Shown here: piece by piece, positions 8,149 to 18,608 of the stretch
How the letters are laid out: each line of letters begins with the position of its first letter
How positions within the stretch are numbered: position 1 is the first letter of the stretch
IMG/VR virus record: IMGVR_UViG_3300033069_001378
Coordinates: 128,001-192,000 of that record
Strand: one strand, 5' to 3'
Length of the DNA: 64,000 nt
Origin: a virus
Lineage: Duplodnaviria; Caudoviricetes
Notes under the pieces: model-generated
The model's database searches: none
What the model saw: the letters and a program-made list of their open reading frames with translations, nothing else
What the model was told of the DNA's origin: nothing
Program-made: the position numbers and the translations under genes

Positions 8149-8535
8149 TCAAGCAAATCTAACTTTGATGCCATCAACAGTCTTCTTGAGACTTGTGATT
8201 GCACTTCCGTCAGAATCAGCATAGAGATCTCTCCAGGCTTCTCCAAGTGAATCGTGTTCCTTCTTTTCAAGATATGGATTCAGTTGAAAGAATATTTGGG
8301 AAGCAATCGAGAACGAATCGTCGGACACACCCTCTGCTAAGGTATGATAGAACTTGTCCATCATTCGATAGAGTTGGTCCCTCTTGAATCCTACTGCTGG
8401 CTGTGTTTCAGCCTCTTGTTGCTGTTGTTGAAGCAAGCGTTGAGCCTGTGTCGTATAGCTGCGAACGTTTGTTGTTGTTGGGGTTGGAGTTACGGAAGAC
8501 TGTTGTTGCTTGTTTACAATGATATTACGTGACAT
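8149..8535 (-). CDS. hypothetical protein with Q/T-rich N-terminus
   Basis: 128 aa, QQQQQQ tract, helical C-terminal domain. Confidence 0.6.
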   Translation of the reverse strand: MSRNIIVNKQQQSSVTPTPTTTNVRSYTTQAQRLLQQQQQEAETQPAVGFKRDQLYRMMDKFYHTLAEGVSDDSFSIASQIFFQLNPYLEKKEHDSLGEAWRDLYADSDGSAITSLKKTVDGIKVRFA

Positions 8536-8574
8536 ATTGATACTTTTTGTGGTTTGTTGTTAAGAGTTTTGGTT

Positions 8575-9264
8575 TCAGATTGTTTCGCCGTCAATTGTAA
8601 AAGTCGTATAGTCGATTTCTACTTTCAAAGTTCTAACTTGGTCCCGTTCCATGGACAAGTCTCCGAAGTCGATTGCATGAACTCGTGGCTCGTCTAGAAC
8701 CATTGTCATAATGACCTCATCCTTCTCGCCAAGAAGCTCAATAGAGAAATCTTTGATTCCGTCTCTTGATGCCTTAAGCAAATCGGTATATGCGTTAATC
8801 TTTCCTTTTGGATCAATGCCTCCCATAACTTCAATCAAGACAAACTGCTTTGCCCCTTGACTGCTGTTCTGTTGTCTCATTGAAGGAATGAATCCAAACT
8901 TAGGAAGCTGGATATCGCTTATTAGGTCTACACACTTGATACTAGAAGACTTGACTCTGAAGTTATCTGAATAGACGACTTCATCTTCTTCTGGAGAAGA
9001 AGGAATCAGACTGCCTGCCTCTGTTGGCGTAAGCAGCGGATCAATTTGCAAATCTTTGTCGATAGGTCCGGGAATGAAGGATTTCATAATCTTGTTACTT
9101 TTGTTGCCCTTGCTCGCTGTTGACTTAGAAGAAACCTTCTTCTTTGCCATCTTCTTTGGTAGTTTGGCAGGCTTCAAGGATCTTGAGTATGCCTGTGGTC
9201 CCTTATACAAAGAAGAGATGCATGGTTTGGATAAAGACAACTTGTGTAAGTTTTCGATTTTCAT
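8575..9264 (-). CDS. hypothetical protein with tail-tube (gp19)-like C-terminal domain
   Basis: C-terminus KDFSIELL...IDFGDLSM...LKVEIDY resembles myophage tail tube proteins; Lys/Ser-rich N-terminal extension. Confidence 0.45.
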   Translation of the reverse strand: MKIENLHKLSLSKPCISSLYKGPQAYSRSLKPAKLPKKMAKKKVSSKSTASKGNKSNKIMKSFIPGPIDKDLQIDPLLTPTEAGSLIPSSPEEDEVVYSDNFRVKSSSIKCVDLISDIQLPKFGFIPSMRQQNSSQGAKQFVLIEVMGGIDPKGKINAYTDLLKASRDGIKDFSIELLGEKDEVIMTMVLDEPRVHAIDFGDLSMERDQVRTLKVEIDYTTFTIDGETI

Positions 9265-9268
9265 TAGT

Positions 9269-12200
9269 TTAAGCCTCGATTTTGGATTCTACGCCGTCGT
9301 TCTTGACTTCCAAGATTCGATCAGCAACTTCTTTTATAGCAGGTTCATGAGAGATAATCAACACAGACTTAAAATAAGTCCTTAACATGTTGAGCATTTC
9401 GAGACAAGCTTGCATGTTCTCTTCATCCAGAGCGGTGAATCCTTCATCAACAATGAATATATCGGAACGTGGAATCGATGACACATTGATCAGTGCGACT
9501 CTGATTGCAAGACTTGCGATGGTCTTCTCCATGCCAGAGCCAAGCTCTACGACACGACGAGAATGCATATCCTCTAGGTAGACGTCCATAGCATTTGAAG
9601 CTAGGTCGTTTTCCAAAACAATCTTGAAGTCAGTAACTCCCATGAGTATCTTCTCAAGCTCAGAGTTGATTGAAGGCAATTGAGTCTTTAGGATCATTGC
9701 AGGAATACCTGTTTTTGAAAAGGACTCTTGGATTGAAGACAAGACTGTGAAGTTCTCGTGAAGCTCCTTAAGCATATCCCTGTTTGCCTTAACGGTTTCA
9801 AGGTTGGTTTGATAACTTCCAAGTGACTTATAGAGGTCTGCAAGAGTCTTATCGAACTCTTTTATCTCTACTTCCATTCCTTCAACAAGCTTTTTGTTTG
9901 CAAGGTGTGTTTCGTCGCTGTCATAACTTGAATCTGCCTTCAACGACTTTGTGATTTCTTCAATCTCATTGACGATTTGAATTCTGTAGGCATTCTTGAA
10001 ATCATACTCGTTCCTCTTTGAAGCAAGAGAAGTCTTTGTTGAATTCACTGTTTCTTGAAGGCGATCCCTTTGCTTTATGCTTCTGTTGAAGTTTTCTATT
10101 TGCTCTTCAAGCTTTAGAGAAGCAAGTTCAGACATATCTGAAAGGATTGATACTTGCTCGTCAAGGAGCTGACGAAGATGGTTGTTTTGTTCGACTAACT
10201 TCTTCTTGTCCTCGTGAGAATCTCGAATAAAGTAGCAATCAGGAAACTGCTCGCCGCATGGTACGAGGTCAAGCTTCTTAACAGACTTGTCAAGATGGGC
10301 TTTTGTGTTCTGTTCAACATGAATCTCGGACTTTATGTGATTGCTCTTGGTCTTCTTATCGTTAAGAATGGCAAGTTTCTCATTAAGACCAACAAGATCA
10401 ACCAATCCAATAGCTGTTTCAAGAGAAACCATTTGTTGTTCTTGAGTCTCAAGCTTTCCAACAAGCAGATCAATGTCCTTCTTGATAGTTAACAGATCAT
10501 CATCCACAACAGACAAAGCTTTCTTCTTTGAAGAAAGGCTGTTTTGAATCATGAACCTGTCTTTGTTCTTGTTCTCGTATGAGAGGACCAAATCCTTTAG
10601 GTCTGTATGAGCAGACTGCTTCTTTGACTTCAACTGATTGGTGTTATCGATTTGGTAATCAACTCTATCGATTTCCTTGGAGATTTCGATTTCCTTCTTA
10701 TCCAAGTCTTCAATGGTTAGACCTTTTGTCTTGGCATTCAAGTTTACAACGTCATTTTTTACAAACGTGTATAGCTTTTCAAACAAGTCAATATCCAAGA
10801 ACCTGTTGAGGATCTTCTTTCTGTTGGTCGAGCCCTCGTTGATGAATCTCATGATATCACCCTGGGATGCAAGACTTGTCATCAGGAAATCTTCTGGAGT
10901 TCCGATTAGCTTTCGGATTTCCTTGTCTGTGTCATCGCGAGAAATGCTATTTCTCTCTATTTTGGTGATCTTTCCGTCTGCCTTGTACTTCACCTCAAAC
11001 AAGTTTACCTTTGTGGCACTCTTGGAAGGATCCTTTTGATTGGTTCTGGTTGTTTCACGCTCAATGATATAGTCAGTACCATCATGGCTAATGCAAATCT
11101 TTGCCCAACAGTTGTTCTTTCGCTTATTGATGATATCGCTTGCTTTGATAGAACCACGGTCAGTTGTGTTGAACAAAGCATACATGGTTGCAGCGATGAC
11201 GCTGCTCTTTCCAATTTTGTTCTTTCCAAACAAGCCGATGAGTCCAGTTTGCTTCTCAAAGTCAATCTTGTTGTTGTCTCCGTAGCGGAATAGGTTTCCG
11301 AACTCAAGCCACTTGACTGTCCACTGTTGATTTCCGATAACACCACCGTCGTATTGAACGGAGTTGTTGTACTGCTCAAGATAGGTCTTTATTTGCTCAT
11401 GAGCCTTTTGCTTCTGCTCTGCTGAGAGAAGAATTTGATTCTGACTTAGCATGAAGTCGTCGAAGAGCTTTACAATGGCATCGGAATCGTTTCTAAGGTT
11501 CTTTTTGGATGCCTTTGAACGTTCGATTTCCATGAAATCGTTATTCACGTCCTTTTCGTGCTTGAAAACAACTTCTTGAACTCCATAGTTGGTTCTAAGA
11601 ATGTTCACCAACGCTTCTGTGTGAGCTTGTGGAAGAACCTCTCTTGTAACGAACCTAAAGCGAGAGCCAGGAAGGATTGTTCCGTTTGGAACAACGTCTA
11701 GAACGTTTTGGATTGTGTCTTTTACGTTATTGACCCAACCGAGTGTGTAGAACGGTTGAAGATTGTCAAGCTCATGGAACTCAACGTCCCAATCATCCTT
11801 GGCACGAATATCCCAAACGTAGAAGCCTTTGGTGATTGACTCACCGAAGTTCTGTTGGATCAAAGAGCCAGGATAGCCCATGTAAGGCTTGAATGCACCT
11901 GTCTTATCTCTACGACGATCCATGAATTGCTGTTGATGAATATCTCCAAGCAATACGAAGTCGAAGATGTTCATATCCGAAACATCAATCTCTCCGTGTG
12001 GCCAGACCATTCCGTTGTCCATGACACAACCAGATACGGAGCCGTGAAACAATGCGATGTTGATCTTGTCTGGATCTGGAACCATGTTCTTCCAGCCATC
12101 TTTGTCGAATGGCGAGAAGCAATGAAACTTTACAGAAGGACGGAGTTTTTTGACGGCACTATCGTATGTTGTAATATCGTATGTTACCGAATTCCTGGAA

Positions 12201-12550
12201 AAATAAGTATTTTTACCAAATCCTGCTGTGTCTTCTTCATAAATTTGCTTCTCTAGGATTGTAGAGATGATATCCTTACGAGAAAGGTTGGTAAGATTGC
12301 CGTCGTGGTTTCCAAGAATCGTAATATTGTTACCAGCCAACTTTGACAACTGGTCAAACATCCAAGTCATGCGCTCAACAATCTCTGGTGAGATCGATTG
12401 TGTCTTGGTATGAAAGATATCGCCTGTGTTTACGATAACGTCAGGCTTGATTTCTTTTATCTTCTTGAAGAGGAGTTCAAAGGCATTTGTGTACTCTTCA
12501 TGCCTTGACAAGCCGCGCCAGTGAATGTCACTGATATGTACTATTTTCAT
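9269..12550 (-). CDS. fused Mre11/SbcD nuclease - Rad50/SbcC ATPase (T4 gp47-gp46-like)
   Basis: Phosphoesterase motifs SDIH, GDIFH, GNHD, FHG, GDIH, YPGS; Walker A GKNKIGKSS, Q-loop SQG, coiled coil, signature GSGME, Walker B IVDEGF, ISHE. Confidence 0.93.
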   Translation of the reverse strand: MKIVHISDIHWRGLSRHEEYTNAFELLFKKIKEIKPDVIVNTGDIFHTKTQSISPEIVERMTWMFDQLSKLAGNNITILGNHDGNLTNLSRKDIISTILEKQIYEEDTAGFGKNTYFSRNSVTYDITTYDSAVKKLRPSVKFHCFSPFDKDGWKNMVPDPDKINIALFHGSVSGCVMDNGMVWPHGEIDVSDMNIFDFVLLGDIHQQQFMDRRRDKTGAFKPYMGYPGSLIQQNFGESITKGFYVWDIRAKDDWDVEFHELDNLQPFYTLGWVNNVKDTIQNVLDVVPNGTILPGSRFRFVTREVLPQAHTEALVNILRTNYGVQEVVFKHEKDVNNDFMEIERSKASKKNLRNDSDAIVKLFDDFMLSQNQILLSAEQKQKAHEQIKTYLEQYNNSVQYDGGVIGNQQWTVKWLEFGNLFRYGDNNKIDFEKQTGLIGLFGKNKIGKSSVIAATMYALFNTTDRGSIKASDIINKRKNNCWAKICISHDGTDYIIERETTRTNQKDPSKSATKVNLFEVKYKADGKITKIERNSISRDDTDKEIRKLIGTPEDFLMTSLASQGDIMRFINEGSTNRKKILNRFLDIDLFEKLYTFVKNDVVNLNAKTKGLTIEDLDKKEIEISKEIDRVDYQIDNTNQLKSKKQSAHTDLKDLVLSYENKNKDRFMIQNSLSSKKKALSVVDDDLLTIKKDIDLLVGKLETQEQQMVSLETAIGLVDLVGLNEKLAILNDKKTKSNHIKSEIHVEQNTKAHLDKSVKKLDLVPCGEQFPDCYFIRDSHEDKKKLVEQNNHLRQLLDEQVSILSDMSELASLKLEEQIENFNRSIKQRDRLQETVNSTKTSLASKRNEYDFKNAYRIQIVNEIEEITKSLKADSSYDSDETHLANKKLVEGMEVEIKEFDKTLADLYKSLGSYQTNLETVKANRDMLKELHENFTVLSSIQESFSKTGIPAMILKTQLPSINSELEKILMGVTDFKIVLENDLASNAMDVYLEDMHSRRVVELGSGMEKTIASLAIRVALINVSSIPRSDIFIVDEGFTALDEENMQACLEMLNMLRTYFKSVLIISHEPAIKEVADRILEVKNDGVESKIEA

Positions 12551-12554
12551 TAGG

Positions 12555-13574
12555 TTATTCCTGCAAACTGTTGATCTTCATTCGAAGAATGTAGTCTTCA
12601 CTATAGTCTATAGCAGTTGAGTAGATATGAGTAAACTGGTCTGTGGATAAACTGCCTACGTCCTCGATATCATTTGGCAAGTCAATGATCTTGACTTCAT
12701 TTCCAAACTCGTGAAGTCTTTGTGCAATTCTATACTGCTTCTTGCTTGCATCAGGATCCAAGCAGATCACCACAGGGGTTTTGTTAACGACGATTTTCTC
12801 AAAAAGACGATAATCGGAACTTAACTCGGACCCCATCAAACAAGTAGCATTTTCATTTGCGTCTTTTGTCTTGATCAGGTCCATTGGTCCCTCTACGATC
12901 AAAAGTTCCTTAGACCAATCTATGTTCAACTCATTGAAAATGATTGGCTCTCTCTTGTTCTCAGGATTTTTGTATCTGAGAAAGGACTTTGGATTGATTG
13001 TTCTTGCTGTCCAATAGTTGAGATAGCCGTCTGCATCGAACGACGGAATGATGATTCTGTATTTCAGATCCTTATCATCCCAAGGTACGATTCCTATCTT
13101 CCAATACCAGAGTTCGGAGTCATCGTTGTTCAATGCTATGCCACGGTTATGCAAATACTCTAGATGGCTCTTGACGTACTTGGAGCTAGACTGACAGGTT
13201 GCTAGCATTTGGAAGCCTTCTGGAAGGCGTGGAGGGGCTTCGTTGGCATCTTCCAAGCCTAACTCCACCTTCTCCTCTATTGAGAGCTTGAGAAGCTGTG
13301 CATCGCCAAGAAACCCTTCAATGTACTCTTGTAGATAGAAGGGTTTGTACTTTCTCAGAAGGAATACAAGGTTTCTTGCCTTATATCCACAACTCCAGCA
13401 ATGGAGCATGAAGTTATCCGTGCGAATAACCAACTTCTGCTTTGAGAAAGTTTCGCTCTTGAAGCTTTTGCATATTGGACAAACAACAGAAATGTTAAGT
13501 CCTTGGTTTGATGGCTTGCCATTTCCAAAGACTTTTTCTATGAACTGCGTTGCTTGTCCTTGTGTGAAAAACAC
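12555..13574 (-). CDS. DNA primase (Zn finger + Toprim)
   Basis: CPIC...HCWSC zinc ribbon, YLHNRGI, RIIIP, VEGPMD, CLDPD, EDVG. Confidence 0.88.
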   Translation of the reverse strand: MFFTQGQATQFIEKVFGNGKPSNQGLNISVVCPICKSFKSETFSKQKLVIRTDNFMLHCWSCGYKARNLVFLLRKYKPFYLQEYIEGFLGDAQLLKLSIEEKVELGLEDANEAPPRLPEGFQMLATCQSSSKYVKSHLEYLHNRGIALNNDDSELWYWKIGIVPWDDKDLKYRIIIPSFDADGYLNYWTARTINPKSFLRYKNPENKREPIIFNELNIDWSKELLIVEGPMDLIKTKDANENATCLMGSELSSDYRLFEKIVVNKTPVVICLDPDASKKQYRIAQRLHEFGNEVKIIDLPNDIEDVGSLSTDQFTHIYSTAIDYSEDYILRMKINSLQE

Positions 13575-13582
13575 AATCTAGT

Positions 13583-14317
13583 CTACTTTTTTGTTTTGGT
13601 TTTTGTTGGTTTAAGAATGTTGTTGATGCTGTTCCAGTTGCCACGAGCTACAACCCAAGAATCTGCCATGTCCTCGTTTTGCTTGTCATAGACAATCTGA
13701 CCTTTACTCTTACCATTCTTTGCCACATGAGTCAACCAAGGGAATTCAGGATTCTTTTCCTTAACCAAATCGAAAACCTTCTGCTTTGTTGTTTTCGACT
13801 TGTCTTTGAAGTCGATATTGATTCCCAAAACACTTCTCATCGTTCGTACGTTTACCTTGACTGGCTTAATTTGATAAGTGTCGTAGATGAATTGACATAT
13901 TGCATGGTTGAACTTTGCCAGAGTAAACAAAGTGTCTGCGCTTGAAAAGCCTGCTGAGAACTGCTTTGCAAACTCTTCAACGGCTATATTTCTAAGCCTC
14001 CAGTTTGGATTGCTGCTGATAAGTGCCTTGAGAACGGTTCTTGCTTCGTCAACCTTTTCGTAAATGTCTTCGAACTTGGTGGACTTCAACTCTATATGAG
14101 TTAACGAAATCATCTCGCCGTTTCCAGCATTCAGAACACAGACTCCGATGACGCTGGTTGAGATATCCAGTCCAATGTCCACCGCAATCGATTCTATAAC
14201 GTTATCATTATGTTCTACGGGTTGGATTGGCTCAGAGCCTTCAGACTCTCCCTTACCTTTTCCAAATGCTTTTGTTTTTGTTCTTTGAGAATCTGCTGAA
14301 TCTTTACGCCTGTCCAT
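13583..14317 (-). CDS. RuvC-like Holliday junction resolvase
   Basis: IGLDISTSVIG, IAVEE, EDMADS RNase H-fold acidic motifs; real start probably nearer 14182 (GTG) given the overlap with the upstream gene. Confidence 0.8.
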   Translation of the reverse strand: MDRRKDSADSQRTKTKAFGKGKGESEGSEPIQPVEHNDNVIESIAVDIGLDISTSVIGVCVLNAGNGEMISLTHIELKSTKFEDIYEKVDEARTVLKALISSNPNWRLRNIAVEEFAKQFSAGFSSADTLFTLAKFNHAICQFIYDTYQIKPVKVNVRTMRSVLGINIDFKDKSKTTKQKVFDLVKEKNPEFPWLTHVAKNGKSKGQIVYDKQNEDMADSWVVARGNWNSINNILKPTKTKTKK

Positions 14318-14781
14318 ATTTCATACTCCGCATTGTTCTTGCTACACCATTGAATTGCAGCTTCAGTCTTTTTCAGTGTAATAGGATGGTTGACTTTATT
14401 GTCAGCTTTGACTTCGATAATTTTTCTTGTTCCATCAACGTAGAAAACAAAGAAGTCAACGATGTACTTCTTGTTTTTCTGTTGTGTGATTCTTGTTCTG
14501 TAAGGTATGATAAGGTCTTCGTAAAAGTATTCCTTAACCAAAGGATCCTCATCAAGATGCTCACACACAGTCAACTCCCATCCAGAACGATAGGAGATTG
14601 GCTTTTTGCATTTAGGAGAGTTGTGGATTCCTGTGTGAAATCTACCTCTTCTGGTCTTTTTCTTGGTCTTTTTTACAACCTTGGTAGCCTTGGCAGCGTT
14701 TTTCTTTGGTTTTGCTTTTTTGGTAGGAAGAGAAGTAGCGGGCTTCTTGGTAGCAGCTACTTTGGATAAGACATTAATCAT
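14215..14781 (-). CDS. PD-(D/E)XK nuclease, T4 gp4 head-completion / TnsA-N-like
   Basis: YRSGWE, IPY, YIVDF, IIEVK, K..AA..WC motifs; Lys-rich N-terminus. Confidence 0.8.
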   Translation of the reverse strand: MINVLSKVAATKKPATSLPTKKAKPKKNAAKATKVVKKTKKKTRRGRFHTGIHNSPKCKKPISYRSGWELTVCEHLDEDPLVKEYFYEDLIIPYRTRITQQKNKKYIVDFFVFYVDGTRKIIEVKADNKVNHPITLKKTEAAIQWCSKNNAEYEIWTGVKIQQILKEQKQKHLEKVRESLKALSQSNP

Positions 14782-14829
14782 AACAGTGGAACCTTATAAG
14801 ACAATAGAAGAGAGGAGGGAGACTCTCTC

Positions 14830-17358
14830 TTAGAAATCTAGTTTATTCTTAAACTGGATCCTATCGCCAGATAGTTTCTGAATTGGTTGTGCTAAATTGG
14901 TTCTCATAACAACGTTTAGATTCTCATCGTGTATGTTTAGACCAGTAAGATATACAAATCTCTGATCTGCTTCGTTGTATAGGTCTTCATCTGGCTTCTG
15001 CAATAGAGAACTGCTGAAGGTTGTGTTTGAGGAACTGATCAACGTACCTGCTTGTGCAGTTGCATTCAGAGTCATTACGTGAATGTTCTGAGTTCCTTTG
15101 ACTTCTACTTGGAACTGGCACTCTCCAAAGAAGTAGAGTTGTGGATATTTGATTACAATGATTCCCTCGTTGTAAAGCACATTTCCAACACTTGCCCAAG
15201 TTGGGTTTACATTGTCTGAAGTATCTGCTCTATATAGATTGCCGTGTCCATCGTCTTTGAGAGTAACAGTGAGGTTTGTACCAGAGATAGCAGTATCTTT
15301 AAGAACAACCGAGCCAGGTTTGATTTGCTTTCCATAGAACATATTGCTAATGTCGTAGAAAACAACCTGATTCGAAGAAGTGTCTCTTAATCTATGAAGA
15401 AGAGTCAAGCTTGAAGCTGTAACTGCCGTAAGATTCGTTGGAGTTGGACCAAGGATATTTCCGAGGATTGGTTGAGTGCTTGACATTTCTGTTAATGCAA
15501 TTGACGCTGTGTATGCACTCGTAACTGTCATGTTGTTCAAGGAAATGACTCCAAGGTCTTGATTTCCTAGATCGTTTGCAAATCTGAACGTGTTATAGTT
15601 GTTTAGAATCTTGAAATTTGGAACAACGTTTCCGTTATCACAAGGCATTACTGTGTAAAGCCTCTTTATATTAGAGCCGGTAGCGTAAAGGAATGAGTTT
15701 GCTGACAGTGAATCCGATGCTCCGTTGTAGATATCAAGAGGAGTTGCCTCAAGATTCCAGAGTCTTGGATAATTTCCAATAGCAAAGTCTCTTCCATAGT
15801 TGTCAAGATTGATGTTATGTCCCCAAACTCCATATGCCATCTTTACACCAAATGGAGTGTCTGTAGACGCACTGACATTCGCTTGGAATGGAGTTAATAG
15901 CTCGTTGCTTCTCACTGGTGATTCGTAAGTGAAGAACGGTGGAACATAGAACTTAAGATTATCAAAGTTGGTTACTCCACCAGACTGATAGGACTGAATC
16001 TCAGGCATGGTAAGCATCTTATCGAATATCTTTAGCTCATGAACTTCTGCTTTCAACGGAAAGTTAAAAGAGAATGAAGTTGGCTCATAAGGTGGTGTGT
16101 CTGAGTAGTTTCCTGGGGCAAGGGTTGGATAAGAACCTGTTGTAGCGAGGTATTTCGCATATGATTGCTCATACAAGTAGGTTGCTGCGCCATTCAAGTA
16201 GTAAATGTCGTCATATTGTCCAGCAGGGAACTGTGGATCTGGGAAAAACATCGAAACATCGGCTGTGCCTGTGTAGAAGTTTCCAACAAACAAAGCGTTT
16301 GAGCCATCTTTTTGGAATCCGCAGTCTCCAACAATGTTTGAGTCAATATACCAGTCGGCAGAGAATGTTGTGTCTACTGTAGAGTCAATCATGATGGAGC
16401 CAGTTGGGAAGTCTGGTCCTCCCCAACGAACTGTTACGTGACTCCACTTGTTTCTATCGAGAGCATTGTCGCTCGACCAAACGATTCCATAGTCAGTTTG
16501 GTTCAGAACGTTTGTTCCATTGGTCAATAGGTCTGGTCTGTAGGTTCTTCCGTATTGGAAGCAAAGACGATACTGGTCCACAAGACCATTTTGGTCTTTT
16601 GCAGAACCGCTATGAAGAGTAATAGCATATGCTCCGGTCATATGGAATATTCCACCGGGAACATAGTGCTCAGTATCAGAAGATTGCTGTTGGGTTGGTT
16701 TAATCCAGAAATCAAAAGTGAATGAACTTGAAAGCTGGTACTGAGTTTTGATTGAGTTATAGTCGCTGTTGTAGAAGACAGCATTATACAATGGATCGCC
16801 AACAGAGTCCCATGGATTTTCCTTGTTCAAGTCATCTGGATCGTACCATGTTGGATTCATGTAGATGAGAACCGAACTAGTTGGAACGTTATTGTCTGTG
16901 AAGAAGTTCAGGGAGTTGTAGTTTGTTGTATTCCATTGCATTCTTGGATACGAAGAATGGTAGAATGGATACATGACTTCTCTCACCGTGTTTTTTCTCA
17001 AGGTATTTGAGTTAAGAACCGGAGGAGGTGTGAACCTCTCTATGAAAAGTTGTTGCTCAAGACGAGCGGAAGCTCCTTGGTCTTTGACGGCATTCAAATA
17101 GCTTTGAAGCATTGTCTGCTTGTTTGTTGATCCAGAATAAAGAGCAATGCTTGTTCTCAGAGAGTCCAAGTTCATATCGTCGAACGTATTCAACTTGAAC
17201 ATAGAAAGAGGAAATACTTCTTTCTCTGCTTGGCTTCTGAATGCATACAAATGAACACTTCCCGTAATACCAAGAGAGCTAGACGAGTAAACCTTTTTTG
17301 GATTTGTCTCTAGCCTGAAATACTCAAGGTCATCGGGAAATATTCTGTATAACGACAT
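14830..17358 (-). CDS. virion protein with LamG/ConA-like domain and tail-collar-like C-terminus
   Basis: FTFDFWIKP, WSHVTVRW, ELKIFDKML LamG motifs; C-terminal YLTGLNIHDENLNVV...PIQK...KLDF. Confidence 0.7.
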   Translation of the reverse strand: MSLYRIFPDDLEYFRLETNPKKVYSSSSLGITGSVHLYAFRSQAEKEVFPLSMFKLNTFDDMNLDSLRTSIALYSGSTNKQTMLQSYLNAVKDQGASARLEQQLFIERFTPPPVLNSNTLRKNTVREVMYPFYHSSYPRMQWNTTNYNSLNFFTDNNVPTSSVLIYMNPTWYDPDDLNKENPWDSVGDPLYNAVFYNSDYNSIKTQYQLSSSFTFDFWIKPTQQQSSDTEHYVPGGIFHMTGAYAITLHSGSAKDQNGLVDQYRLCFQYGRTYRPDLLTNGTNVLNQTDYGIVWSSDNALDRNKWSHVTVRWGGPDFPTGSIMIDSTVDTTFSADWYIDSNIVGDCGFQKDGSNALFVGNFYTGTADVSMFFPDPQFPAGQYDDIYYLNGAATYLYEQSYAKYLATTGSYPTLAPGNYSDTPPYEPTSFSFNFPLKAEVHELKIFDKMLTMPEIQSYQSGGVTNFDNLKFYVPPFFTYESPVRSNELLTPFQANVSASTDTPFGVKMAYGVWGHNINLDNYGRDFAIGNYPRLWNLEATPLDIYNGASDSLSANSFLYATGSNIKRLYTVMPCDNGNVVPNFKILNNYNTFRFANDLGNQDLGVISLNNMTVTSAYTASIALTEMSSTQPILGNILGPTPTNLTAVTASSLTLLHRLRDTSSNQVVFYDISNMFYGKQIKPGSVVLKDTAISGTNLTVTLKDDGHGNLYRADTSDNVNPTWASVGNVLYNEGIIVIKYPQLYFFGECQFQVEVKGTQNIHVMTLNATAQAGTLISSSNTTFSSSLLQKPDEDLYNEADQRFVYLTGLNIHDENLNVVMRTNLAQPIQKLSGDRIQFKNKLDF

Positions 17359-17385
17359 TCTGATTTGACATTTCTGTAAGAGAAA

Positions 17386-18555
17386 TCAGTAATCAAGTCT
17401 GATTTTAAGTGTTTCTGCTCGCTCGTTGTCCTTAAGAACTGGTCTTGAGAGTTTTGCAACAGCAAGGAGATTGTCAAATGCGTCGTATAGTCCAACGGTT
17501 GTAATGAATGTGAATGCTTGTTGCACATCTTCTTGACCTGGATCAATAACGATGATTCTTCCATCTGTGTCTGAGTATGTTGGATTTGCAGAGTAGTTGA
17601 ACTCATCTGCTCCAAGGTTTGCGAAATAGATGGTTGAGTTAATGTTTGTTGCGTTCTGGAAGGTCATAGCTGTTTCATTGACGCCAGAGAATCTTGTTTG
17701 GCACATGTAATCAACGAAATCGTCAATCGAAGAACTAATCATGAGGTACTTCATCGAACCATTGAAGTCTGCAAAGCCCGTAGAGCCGACAGCAGAGGCA
17801 ATTGAGCCTGTGAGCCAGTTGGTAGAGCTTGTATCTTGCATATCAAAGCTTCTGGAAAGGTCGAGTACAAGAACACCCTTATCGATAAAGAGAAGTCCTC
17901 TTGGCTTTGTTGTATCTGAGCTATCAACAACGGTTGAAACTTGACCACCAAACTCATAAGCCTTGTTTGTGATACTGTTGACGTCGGTGTAGATCTTTGG
18001 AGCTGTTGAGGTTGGATCGGTCATGACACCAGATTGAATGGTGTTGACCTTGATTGCAAATGTTTCTCTCTTGATTTGATCTCTATGGAACAAACGTCTA
18101 AAGTCAATGAAGAGAGCTTCTGTGATATTGACCGAGCTATTTGTTGTATCGGTTGCAGCAGAGAACTTTGCCGTTGCATCTCCAAGAAGATTTTGTGCAT
18201 GAAGACGATAGATATCCATCTTTTCACGCATTTGAAGGGTTGATGCAGGGAAGATGTACTTTCCATTGGCATCAATGCTTGGACCTGCCATTGTTACAAT
18301 GTCAGAATCAACATGGAACCCAAATGTCATATCGAAAATTGGGTTGGCTGTTTGAAGCGTAAAGTCTTGGTCGTAAACAGTTTGAAAGAGAGAAGAAGTA
18401 ACGCCAGGATTTCCAATAGAACCTGTTACCCATACTTCATACTTTCTTCTTGTTTGCGAAGAAGAAATATCGGTGTTGATGATATCGACGATTTGGTTAA
18501 GATAACTTCTTGCCGTTTGAATGTCGGAGTTTTCCAATTCCTTGAAAATTGCCAT
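17386..18555 (-). CDS. virion/baseplate protein with tail-collar-like C-terminal motif
   Basis: C-terminal EFNYSANPT...FITTVGLYD...LLAVAKLSRPVLK...KIRLDY. Confidence 0.7.
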   Translation of the reverse strand: MAIFKELENSDIQTARSYLNQIVDIINTDISSSQTRRKYEVWVTGSIGNPGVTSSLFQTVYDQDFTLQTANPIFDMTFGFHVDSDIVTMAGPSIDANGKYIFPASTLQMREKMDIYRLHAQNLLGDATAKFSAATDTTNSSVNITEALFIDFRRLFHRDQIKRETFAIKVNTIQSGVMTDPTSTAPKIYTDVNSITNKAYEFGGQVSTVVDSSDTTKPRGLLFIDKGVLVLDLSRSFDMQDTSSTNWLTGSIASAVGSTGFADFNGSMKYLMISSSIDDFVDYMCQTRFSGVNETAMTFQNATNINSTIYFANLGADEFNYSANPTYSDTDGRIIVIDPGQEDVQQAFTFITTVGLYDAFDNLLAVAKLSRPVLKDNERAETLKIRLDY

Positions 18556-18608
18556 GTTGTGTTCTTCCTTTTGATTCTTCTCTTAAATAGTAGGTTAGTT
18601 TTTTGTGA

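Noticed and set aside
14215-14781. TnsA-like nuclease as evidence of a Tn7 transposon
   Set aside because: No TnsB/C or terminal repeats; context fits a T4 gp4-like head-completion nuclease
14800-14832. AG/CT-rich hairpin after the structural operon as an intrinsic terminator
   Set aside because: Low-complexity imperfect stem and weak U-tract; too uncertain to call
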